Sequence record: LR756502.1
DNA: 64,000 nucleotides
Reading direction: 5' to 3' (one strand)
Positions 18,953-26,950 of this stretch are shown piece after piece. How positions within the stretch are numbered: position 1 is the first letter of the stretch; every line of letters starts with the position of its first letter. Under the pieces are notes generated by a model, which was not told where the DNA came from, made no database searches, and was given only the letters and a program-made list of their open reading frames with translations. A program made the position numbers and the translations under genes.

Positions 18953-19918
18953 CTATGCCTTTTTATCAAATAGATAAAGGTCATATATCGCATTACCTTT
19001 TACTCTTTTAATGTTTTTTAGTGTTTGTCCGGTTGTTGAGTCAAGTACCTTATATACACCAAGGTTAATGCCTTTTTCATTTAAGACCTTTACTGTATTT
19101 CCTGGTTGACCAAGTGCTCCTAATATAGCAATATATTTATTTCCATAAATGCTCTTCAAAAAAGATACCCTAAGGTTAGCAATATCTTTTGAGTTATTTA
19201 TATATGCATTTTCCATTGGTTTTGTAAGATCTAATTGGGTATCTGTTGTCTTTACTCTAACAGTAACGAACTTTCTCTCCTGATCATCCAATGTTACTTC
19301 TTCTCTATCTTGAATTTTATTTGCCTTAACTAAATTTTGTTGATTCTTCCTTATTTCATTGAAGTCAGCACGCGCGATAATACCACCTCTCATACCTTTA
19401 TCATTCATATTATAACCAGATGGTGGTAATCTATAAAAAGAACCTGTAAATGTAATTGATAGTATTCTATCTGCTCTAAAAAGTCTCCATATCTTATTTA
19501 TGTGTCTTTTTTGAGATACTGACCAACCATTTAAGTGCCATCCTCTAATTAAAACTTTACCTTGTGTTGATCTACCAAGTACCATAGGGTAAATTACCCT
19601 TTCATGACCCGCAAAGTGCTTATCTTTTTCGCCTTTATAGTTTAGTAGGAATATCATTCCATATTTTATGGCTTTTATTAGAATATCGTCTGTGTATTTA
19701 ACTGGTTCATTGATTGGAATATTTGCAATCTCTTTAGCGTCCTTTATATTAAACCTAGGTATGTACTCATTATCTTCAATTAAATTGAAATTCTCGTTTT
19801 TAATAACATACTCAACGACCTTCTTATTAAAAGAACTTGGCCAGATTGGATCTGATTTTCTTGCATCCTCTAGTTCAGCTCTAATAGCATTCCTTTTTAT
19901 AAAACTTGGTTTATCCAT
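18953..19918 (-). CDS. WYL-domain-like protein (no obvious HTH)
   Basis: LNYKG...ERVIYPMVLG...RGWH...WRLFRADRILSI matches the WYL core Y..R...P....W...R.FR.DRI. Confidence 0.65.
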   Translation of the reverse strand: MDKPSFIKRNAIRAELEDARKSDPIWPSSFNKKVVEYVIKNENFNLIEDNEYIPRFNIKDAKEIANIPINEPVKYTDDILIKAIKYGMIFLLNYKGEKDKHFAGHERVIYPMVLGRSTQGKVLIRGWHLNGWSVSQKRHINKIWRLFRADRILSITFTGSFYRLPPSGYNMNDKGMRGGIIARADFNEIRKNQQNLVKANKIQDREEVTLDDQERKFVTVRVKTTDTQLDLTKPMENAYINNSKDIANLRVSFLKSIYGNKYIAILGALGQPGNTVKVLNEKGINLGVYKVLDSTTGQTLKNIKRVKGNAIYDLYLFDKKA

Positions 19919-19923
19919 CTAAT

Positions 19924-19932
19924 TATATATTA
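19924..19932 (-). promoter_or_regulatory. Putative late promoter TAATATATA
   Basis: Exact motif upstream of ATG 19918. Confidence 0.65.
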
Positions 19933-19952
19933 ATAATCAATGGTTCATTTTA

Positions 19953-20678
19953 TTATTTACTGATCCTTATGTTTGTTAAATCAATAGCTCTTTGATTTAT
20001 ATCACATCCGATAAATTTCCTATTAAGTTCTTTACAACAAAGAGCGGTAGTTCCTGATCCAAGGTAAAAATCAGCTATTGTGTCTCCTTCATCAGATGAT
20101 GATTTAATTATTCTTTCTACTAAAGCTTTTGGTTTTTGAGTATCATATCCAACTCTTTCTTTCTTATCATTCTGACCAAGAATATTCATTTGCCAAACAT
20201 CACCAATTACCTTACCGTCTTTATGATAGTATTTCTCTTTCTCATATCCTCTTGGTGCACTTAATGAGTATGGTTCTCTTTGTGGATTAAATTTATATTT
20301 ATCTGTTTTAGTGTATCGATATATTATATCATGTCTTTTGCCAAAGTCATTCTTCTTTCTTGGTGCTGTATTATATGACCATATAATTTCATTTCTCATA
20401 TTCTCATATCCAAATATATCATCTAGTATTAATCTTACCCAGTGGTTTATCTTGGTGTCCATTTGAAGATATATTGTTCCTGTATCTTTTAATACACGAT
20501 GCATTTCCTTTATTCTTGGAATGTAATGATCTTCTATATCGGACTTAATTGGTTTAAGGTCTTGATAGTCTTTAAATTTTCTACCAGTCCCAAATAATAT
20601 ATCACAGTATATCAAATCAATTGACTTATCCTCGATTGATTTTAGGAATTCTAAATTATCTTTACATTCAATTCTCAT
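19953..20678 (-). CDS. DNA N6-adenine/N4-cytosine methyltransferase (beta class)
   Basis: IDLIYCDILF (motif IV variant), LKDTGTIY, TQKPKALVERII and DFYLGSGTT (motif I). Confidence 0.85.
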   Translation of the reverse strand: MRIECKDNLEFLKSIEDKSIDLIYCDILFGTGRKFKDYQDLKPIKSDIEDHYIPRIKEMHRVLKDTGTIYLQMDTKINHWVRLILDDIFGYENMRNEIIWSYNTAPRKKNDFGKRHDIIYRYTKTDKYKFNPQREPYSLSAPRGYEKEKYYHKDGKVIGDVWQMNILGQNDKKERVGYDTQKPKALVERIIKSSSDEGDTIADFYLGSGTTALCCKELNRKFIGCDINQRAIDLTNIRISK

Positions 20679-20700
20679 TATAGTTTATATTATTTAAAAT

Positions 20701-20730
20701 AAAAAAGAGACCATTGAGGTCTCTTTTATT
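20701..20730. terminator. Intrinsic terminator
   Basis: aaaagagacc-attga-ggtctctttt hairpin downstream of the lipoprotein gene. Confidence 0.75.
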
Positions 20731-20746
20731 ATAAGTTTTCCTGTAA

Positions 20747-20920
20747 TTACTTTACAGATGCAGAATCTGTTTTAACAGAGTCACATTTAGCAGCACAAGT
20801 AGTATCAACAGATACTGCTACCTTAGTAGAGTCAGTGCTCTCAACTTTTTCAGATCCGCCACCGCAAGATGCTAAAGTTAAAGAGATAGATGCTAATAAT
20901 ACAATTGCAATTTTTTTCAT
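20747..20920 (-). CDS. Small lipoprotein, 57 aa; not in ORF track
   Basis: MKKIAIVLLASISLTLASC|GGGSEKVESTDSTKVAVSVDTTCAAKCDSVKTDSASVK has a signal peptide II with lipobox LASC; own promoter motif and terminator. Confidence 0.85.
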   Translation of the reverse strand: MKKIAIVLLASISLTLASCGGGSEKVESTDSTKVAVSVDTTCAAKCDSVKTDSASVK

Positions 20921-20955
20921 AATTTTGTTTGTTTTTATTTTGTTAATTTGAACTA

Positions 20956-20964
20956 TATATATTA
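20956..20964 (-). promoter_or_regulatory. Putative late promoter TAATATATA
   Basis: Exact motif upstream of lipoprotein ATG 20920. Confidence 0.6.
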
Positions 20965-21003
20965 AAACTAATTAGATTTGTTTTAAAAGGATGTAAATTT
21001 TTT

Positions 21004-21012
21004 TAATATATA
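21004..21012 (+). promoter_or_regulatory. Putative late promoter TAATATATA
   Basis: Exact motif upstream of ATG 21034. Confidence 0.65.
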
Positions 21013-21033
21013 CTCAAACATATTACCATAACT

Positions 21034-21345
21034 ATGCAATATATTAAAAAGTTTGAAGATTTGGATTTTTCACAAACACTTCCAGTTACAAGTGTTAATG
21101 TTCTAACGAACTATTATCATTGTGATTCTTGTAATGCTCTTTGGAAAGAACTTAATAAACAGTGTAATAGATGTAAGTTTTGTAATGGTTCTGATGTAGA
21201 GGAGTTATCAGAAGATGAATGGTATGAATCTGTTAAGGGTAGGTTAGATGATGAAGATGGTGATATAGACGAAGATAGATTGAGAGATGAAAACCACTTT
21301 CTGGATTTCTCAGAATGTGATGACCTATATGATGATGAAAATTAA
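21034..21345 (+). CDS. Zinc-ribbon protein with CTS-like N-terminus
   Basis: MQYIKKFED; CDSC...CNRCKFC; acidic tail. Confidence 0.75.
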   Translation: MQYIKKFEDLDFSQTLPVTSVNVLTNYYHCDSCNALWKELNKQCNRCKFCNGSDVEELSEDEWYESVKGRLDDEDGDIDEDRLRDENHFLDFSECDDLYDDEN

Positions 21346-21353
21346 TAATAATA

Positions 21354-22064
21354 ATGTCAATTAATAGTAGAGAAGATGCTAATAAGTATTACCAAACAAT
21401 AAATACACTTGTTGATGATTATATCGATAGGTGGAAGGTTAGGCCATCCAATTTGAGAAGATACTTACAACCTGGTAGTGAGAGATTTAATAAATTTCTT
21501 GAGAGAAATGGACTTAAGGATATTAAAGGAGCTGATAGAGTTCTTAGAGATATAATCGAGGATAGAGATCATATGGAAAAGGATGGTGTAATTACATTTG
21601 AGAGTTTCAAAATATTTGAATCGGATGAGTTCAAAATAGCATCGCTAAGGCAGTGTTTATATAAGGGTATTAATAAGGCAACAAATGTACATGAAAAGAT
21701 ATTAGCTGATGTTTTTGATACGAGTCTAGGTCACATTGATATTATAGATAGTGATAGACATATATTTAAGATAGATGTTTGGGGCAAAATAAATGATGTT
21801 GTAATATATAGTAAGGAAGAGTTAGATCTAATAACTGAGAATATGTTAGAATATCTATATGATGAGGTTAAAACTAAGAAGGTTGATTTATCTGGTGGTA
21901 TTAAAATTGGTTTAGGTAACTTAATTACAGAAGAATCGTTTAAGAAAGAGGTAAAGGAGAATATATTCTCTATTAGCAAACCTGTTAACTTAGTAACTCA
22001 ATGCCTTGGATATGAATTCAAATCTGAATTTGAGAACTACTTTATCTGGATAAAAAATGAGTAG
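21354..22064 (+). CDS. Hypothetical protein
   Basis: 236-aa ORF; internal ITFESFKIFE resembles the N-terminal tag of its neighbours. Confidence 0.75.
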   Translation: MSINSREDANKYYQTINTLVDDYIDRWKVRPSNLRRYLQPGSERFNKFLERNGLKDIKGADRVLRDIIEDRDHMEKDGVITFESFKIFESDEFKIASLRQCLYKGINKATNVHEKILADVFDTSLGHIDIIDSDRHIFKIDVWGKINDVVIYSKEELDLITENMLEYLYDEVKTKKVDLSGGIKIGLGNLITEESFKKEVKENIFSISKPVNLVTQCLGYEFKSEFENYFIWIKNE

Positions 22065-22070
22065 TATCTT

Positions 22071-22805
22071 ATGGTGTCATCATTTTTTTACTTACTGGTT
22101 GCATTCATACCAGTACTTCTATACATATTTGTAATATGGGCAACATCCCCTTGGAAATCAATTAGTCTTGGTACTGCATTTCAATACTTATTTACTGGTT
22201 TAGTTAGTATTGGTATAATTCTTACTGTATTTAGAATATTCCCTAGTTGTCAGAGTCCAGTATTTGGATATAGTCCTTCACTTTCTCTTTTCTTTTTATG
22301 TTATATACAAATTGCTATGCTTGAAGAGCTTTGTAAATTGACTGCTTTCTCAATTGGTGATAGAATAAGGAAGGATGAGAGGCATTATGACTCCGCAATT
22401 GGGACAATGTTCTATTGTGGTATATCTGCTTTAGGGTTTGCATTTCTTGAGAATGTGAGTTATGCTATGCAGTATGGTGGTGATGTTATTATCTTCAGAA
22501 GTGTTGTTTCGATGATGGTTCACTTTCTATGTGGTTTAATAATGGGGTACTGGATATCAGCTAGTAGACTACCATTCAAATTAGAAAATAGATCTATGTT
22601 TGAGGTTATGTGTGGTCGTAGACCTTTATTTAAAAAGGCTTCTTATTATACAATCGGTATATTTTGTGCTGTTAGTTTGCACGGCTTATATGACTTTAAT
22701 ATTTTTATTCGTGGTAGTGAGTCGGTTAGTTACATAATAATATTTGGAGGAATTATATCTGCTTACTTAGCAGCAAAAAGTCTAATAGAAAGGTCAAAGT
22801 TTTAA
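22071..22805 (+). CDS. prsW: PrsW-family intramembrane metalloprotease
   Basis: Multi-pass; EELCK, GFAFLEN, VHF and HGLYDF equal the EExxK / FxxxE / H / HxxxD PrsW motifs. Confidence 0.88.
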   Translation: MVSSFFYLLVAFIPVLLYIFVIWATSPWKSISLGTAFQYLFTGLVSIGIILTVFRIFPSCQSPVFGYSPSLSLFFLCYIQIAMLEELCKLTAFSIGDRIRKDERHYDSAIGTMFYCGISALGFAFLENVSYAMQYGGDVIIFRSVVSMMVHFLCGLIMGYWISASRLPFKLENRSMFEVMCGRRPLFKKASYYTIGIFCAVSLHGLYDFNIFIRGSESVSYIIIFGGIISAYLAAKSLIERSKF

Positions 22806-22861
22806 ACATCATGTAACACCATGATATAACTTTACACTATATAATAATAAATACACATATA

Positions 22862-23695
22862 ATGATGAAATTAAGAATCAAGGAGTCTTTAAATGATCAA
22901 ATACATAATATCTACTTATATCTTAGTGGGTATCTTAGAAAGATACTTAAAGTGAAGAGAATGGGTACATCTGAACCTTTTACTGGTACTATGAAATTGC
23001 AATTTGAAGATAATTTTGAATTCTTTGATTATAATAGATGGAGAATAGGACAACCTTGGGGCAAATTTCACCCGGAATATCCTAATCAATGGTATGGAGA
23101 AGACTCTGTTTATATAGAAAACAAACATCTTGTATTGGATAATAGATATCAACCAGTTCAATTATCTACGTGGGATAGTCCAAAAAAATATGATATTTCC
23201 TACTCTGTTGGATTGATTACTTCATATGAATCTTATGGATATGGGTACTACGAGTTTGAGGCTAAATTACCTGATGGTGTTGGATTATGGCCAGCTATTT
23301 GGTTAAGTTGTGTAGACTCATGGCCTCCTGAAATAGATATAACCGAATCATATTCTGATAAAAATGGAGAATATAAGGATAAATTAGAATCAAATTTTCA
23401 CTTTAATTTAGGGGAAAGTAAAACATCGTCCGGAGCAAGAAGTCACCCAATTTACAGGTCTAAAGAGTTAATCAAATTTTCACTCTGGTGGACAAAGGAC
23501 TTTATTAAGGTTTATTATAATGGATATTTGGTTAGAGTAATAACTTCCAAGGACAGTCTTCAATGGTTTAGAGATAAGAAGATGACTATTATACTAAATA
23601 ATGGCATGAGAAGTGATTTTGATAACATACAACCAAAGGAGGAAAAAGTAAGCATTTCAAAGTTTGAAATCTATAGTGTTAAATATTGGATATAA
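22862..23695 (+). CDS. Glycoside hydrolase family 16 (beta-glucanase-like)
   Basis: GYYEFEAKLP, WPAIWL and EIDITE (ExDxxE catalytic motif). Confidence 0.88.
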   Translation: MMKLRIKESLNDQIHNIYLYLSGYLRKILKVKRMGTSEPFTGTMKLQFEDNFEFFDYNRWRIGQPWGKFHPEYPNQWYGEDSVYIENKHLVLDNRYQPVQLSTWDSPKKYDISYSVGLITSYESYGYGYYEFEAKLPDGVGLWPAIWLSCVDSWPPEIDITESYSDKNGEYKDKLESNFHFNLGESKTSSGARSHPIYRSKELIKFSLWWTKDFIKVYYNGYLVRVITSKDSLQWFRDKKMTIILNNGMRSDFDNIQPKEEKVSISKFEIYSVKYWI

Positions 23696-23709
23696 ACATT
23701 TTATTAAAA

Positions 23710-23718
23710 TAATATATA
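23710..23718 (+). promoter_or_regulatory. Putative late promoter TAATATATA
   Basis: Exact motif upstream of ATG 23742. Confidence 0.65.
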
Positions 23719-23741
23719 CATAAATATATATAGTTATAGAT

Positions 23742-24131
23742 ATGAAGAAATTTAACGAATTTAATAGAGTAAATGAAGGTTCTGATCCAGAACAAACTTT
23801 AATGGAAAATTTATTTTCATTTTTCTATAAAAAATACAGTGTAGTATCTATAGCAAAGGTTGAATCTAACTTCATCGAATCCGCTTCTAAGTTAGTTTCT
23901 GATGGTGAGATTAGTGAAATTGCTTATAAAAAGTTTTTAGACTCAAAGGGAATAGATGTTAAAAAACATAAAACACCAATTTCTGTTGGACGTTCCTTAA
24001 GCTTTACTCCTGATGATGAATGTGGATCATCATCCAGAAGATCTTCATCATCAAGATCATCATCTTGTGGTGATTCAAAACCATCTTCCGATTGTGGAAT
24101 GGGTGGTGGGTATAGTACAAGTCGTTGTTAA
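23742..24131 (+). CDS. CTS-like protein with Ser/Gly/Cys-rich C-terminal tail
   Basis: MKKFNEFNRVNE...DECGSSSRRSSSSRSSSCGDSKPSSDCGMGGGYSTSRC. Confidence 0.8.
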   Translation: MKKFNEFNRVNEGSDPEQTLMENLFSFFYKKYSVVSIAKVESNFIESASKLVSDGEISEIAYKKFLDSKGIDVKKHKTPISVGRSLSFTPDDECGSSSRRSSSSRSSSCGDSKPSSDCGMGGGYSTSRC

Positions 24132-24140
24132 ATATTAAAT

Positions 24141-25028
24141 ATGAATAAAATAGATTTATTTGGTAGAGAAATACCACTAAGAACACACTTCTGTCAATTC
24201 TTTGAACAAGATCCTGAACCAGTAAACGAACCGACTGTTAGTTTATATGTTAGGTCTAAATTTTGCAACTCAAAATGTAAATTCTGTATATGGTCTGAAG
24301 ATGCTCAATTTTTTAATGAGAAAAAATATAGAGAAGTATTAGAAGGAATTTCTAGTAAAATAAAAATTAAAAAAATATCTTTTACTGGTGGAGAACCAAC
24401 TATGAATTTCAAAAAATTCAAAAAGATGGTTCAGATAGCAAAGGAAATAACACCAAATACTAAGATGTCTGTTAATACAGATGGGTTAAGACTAAAGCAG
24501 TTATTTGAGGATGATATAATTGAGAACTTCTATAGTGTGGCTTTGAGTAGACATCATTTTAATGATGACCTTAATAATGAAATATTTGATTTTAAGTGCC
24601 CATCAACAAATGAGATAAGAGATATACAAAGTAACTTTAAAAATAAAGAAATACTACATTTTAGTTGTAATTTAATAAAAGGATATCTTGATGATAAAGA
24701 TAAGATATATGAATTTTTAGAGTGGTCATCATCAGTTGATGTAAGAAGTGTTGGGTTTGTATCATTAATGCCTGTGAATGATTATAGTAAAGAAAAATTT
24801 ATAGATTTTAAGATTAAAGACTTAATAAATGATAGATTTAATTTAACAAAGGAGTGGCAATATAAGAATATGTGTAAATGTAACAATTATATTTACATAC
24901 CCGAAAGCCTTAATAACACGATTAAGGTATATCAAAAGAATACATTCAAACCATTTGATATTCAAGAGAACTTAACATTTGATGGTGAGAACCTTAAGGT
25001 TGGATTTGGTGATGATATAATTTACTAA
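24141..25028 (+). CDS. Radical SAM enzyme
   Basis: CNSKCKFC (CxxxCxxC), FTGGEPT, VNTDG and VALSRHH; C-terminal CKC. Confidence 0.92.
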   Translation: MNKIDLFGREIPLRTHFCQFFEQDPEPVNEPTVSLYVRSKFCNSKCKFCIWSEDAQFFNEKKYREVLEGISSKIKIKKISFTGGEPTMNFKKFKKMVQIAKEITPNTKMSVNTDGLRLKQLFEDDIIENFYSVALSRHHFNDDLNNEIFDFKCPSTNEIRDIQSNFKNKEILHFSCNLIKGYLDDKDKIYEFLEWSSSVDVRSVGFVSLMPVNDYSKEKFIDFKIKDLINDRFNLTKEWQYKNMCKCNNYIYIPESLNNTIKVYQKNTFKPFDIQENLTFDGENLKVGFGDDIIY

Positions 25029-25037
25029 TCTGTGAAT

Positions 25038-25046
25038 TAATATATA
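25038..25046 (+). promoter_or_regulatory. Putative late promoter TAATATATA
   Basis: Exact motif upstream of ATG 25067. Confidence 0.65.
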
Positions 25047-25066
25047 CTAAAAAATAATATCATATT

Positions 25067-25396
25067 ATGCAAATTACAAAATTTACAGACTACGTTAAAG
25101 TTAACGAATCAGCTGGATTGACTTTATATAGAGTTGTTCCAATTAAAAAAGGATAAAAACTAAATGTTAATGATCCTGGTACATACTATGTGGACTCTAA
25201 ATCTAAGATTAAAGACCTTACATTAAAAAGTGAGGCTGGTGATATGTATATTATTAGTGTTAATGCTAAAGCATCTGATATTAACGATAAGGCATCTGAG
25301 AAAGAATCAGAAGTACAAGGTGTTAAAGTTATTGCTTTGAATAAAGATGCTGGTAAAGAAATTGTTAATATTCAACCTTATAAAAAGGCTGCTTAA
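25067..25396 (+). pseudogene. CTS-like ORF interrupted by one in-frame TAA at 25154
   Basis: MQITKFTDYVKVNESAGLTLYRVVPIKKG*KLNVNDPGTYYVDSKSK... continues in frame into track ORF 25190..25396. Confidence 0.7.
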
Positions 25397-25424
25397 TTAT
25401 CTAAATTGGATAAATGATATCAAT

Positions 25425-26432
25425 CTATACATTGAAATTAGTACTAACTACATCAATGCATGATTGATATCTTTCGTTCCAATCAACTCCACCAATTTCA
25501 ATGAATTCACATCCTCTATCAATTAGTTCCTTCTTAATTACTTCATAATGTTCCAATCTGGAATCTAAGAAACTTCTAGTACCATCTTGAACCGATTTAC
25601 AATCAGGCATTAGTAATAAATATAGATCATATTTCTTTTTAGTATTTAAAATATTTAGGAACCAATCCTCTACTTGTAGATATTCGTCTGGACAATACAT
25701 CTTTGTGAATATGTATGTAGTAATATCCTCTGTGTCACAAAATATAAGTTTATTTGATTGTAGAAGTAACCAATCTTCAAGAGATTGTCTACCCCTTGAT
25801 ATAGGCATAAAGTCATCAATCGTTACCTTATTACCATTCGCCTCATATATTAGTCTACCATATTCAACCACAAAATTTGTATTGAAGTAAGTTGCGAGCT
25901 TTTTAGTCATTGTTGATTTACCAACAGACTCTGGTCCCATAATAGCAATTCTTTTTACAAAGTGAGGTCTAACCTGCTCGGGAATATATTCCCAATTACT
26001 AAATGTTTCGGTTCTTACTTTTGTCCCTGATGTGGGAAATGTCTTTCTGTCCAAATCCACAATATGATGTTTTATTCCAAGTTTCTCTGAATAAGGATCT
26101 CCGTAGTTTTCTGATGTGAATATTACATCGAGATCTGGTGGGCAATTATTCCTGGCTATTCCTACCCATATATCCCAAAAGTTCGGGTCCTCTTCTGGTA
26201 CTTGAGGTACCTCTTCTTTGAAGTTAATTATATTTAATCTCTTCTCACCCTTATAGATTTCTTTCAACCAATTAAATCTATCATCTCCTTCTATCGGTTC
26301 ATTTTTAAGAGAACATACCAATAGTGTAACTATCTCGGCGTTTTCTAACGCAGTGTTTATTAGAAATAAATGACCTTTGTGTGGTGGTAAAAACTTACCT
26401 ACAATTAATCCACTTTTATACTTTTTCTCCAT
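25425..26432 (-). CDS. nadR: NadR-type bifunctional NMN adenylyltransferase / ribosylnicotinamide kinase (no HTH)
   Basis: VGKFLPPHKGH (HxGH), SGTKVR, IAIMGPESVGKST (Walker A), EYGR and FCDT motifs. Confidence 0.93.
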   Translation of the reverse strand: MEKKYKSGLIVGKFLPPHKGHLFLINTALENAEIVTLLVCSLKNEPIEGDDRFNWLKEIYKGEKRLNIINFKEEVPQVPEEDPNFWDIWVGIARNNCPPDLDVIFTSENYGDPYSEKLGIKHHIVDLDRKTFPTSGTKVRTETFSNWEYIPEQVRPHFVKRIAIMGPESVGKSTMTKKLATYFNTNFVVEYGRLIYEANGNKVTIDDFMPISRGRQSLEDWLLLQSNKLIFCDTEDITTYIFTKMYCPDEYLQVEDWFLNILNTKKKYDLYLLLMPDCKSVQDGTRSFLDSRLEHYEVIKKELIDRGCEFIEIGGVDWNERYQSCIDVVSTNFNV

Positions 26433-26950
26433 TTTAAAATACCTGATATTGATAACAAAAGGAATATAAAGTATATTCCAGATGAAAGGTATAGTTCATT
26501 AACATAAAAGAACCATACAAATATTATATCCGCAATTATCCAATATATCCAATTTTCTATTTTCCTGTAAGCTAGAAGAATCATCGCCATTATACTCAAC
26601 GATGTTGTTAATCCATCGAAGTATGGCATTCTACCACCAATTTTCATCATTGATAGTGATATAATCATTGTTAATATTACTGTTGATCCGAATATAGCTA
26701 CTCTATTATGAGTATCTATGTACTTTATTGGATATTTGGATGGCTTTTTCCAGTTATACCAACCAAGAATAGATTGAGCAATGAATATAAATTGTAAATA
26801 CATATTACCCCATATTTGGTTTTTGCCAAATAGTATCATGTAGAATATGATTCCAATAATACCAAATGGCCAACACCAAATATTGTTTTTTACTGTTAAT
26901 ATTACAGATAGTAAACTAAATATAACAGCGATTATCTCGATAGTATCCAT
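26405..26950 (-). CDS. pnuC: PnuC-family nicotinamide riboside/vitamin transporter
   Basis: Multi-pass; KNNIWCWPFGII, DGLTTSLS and ENWIYWIIADI (WxxWxxxD) motifs. Confidence 0.92.
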   Translation of the reverse strand: MDTIEIIAVIFSLLSVILTVKNNIWCWPFGIIGIIFYMILFGKNQIWGNMYLQFIFIAQSILGWYNWKKPSKYPIKYIDTHNRVAIFGSTVILTMIISLSMMKIGGRMPYFDGLTTSLSIMAMILLAYRKIENWIYWIIADIIFVWFFYVNELYLSSGIYFIFLLLSISGILKWRKSIKVD

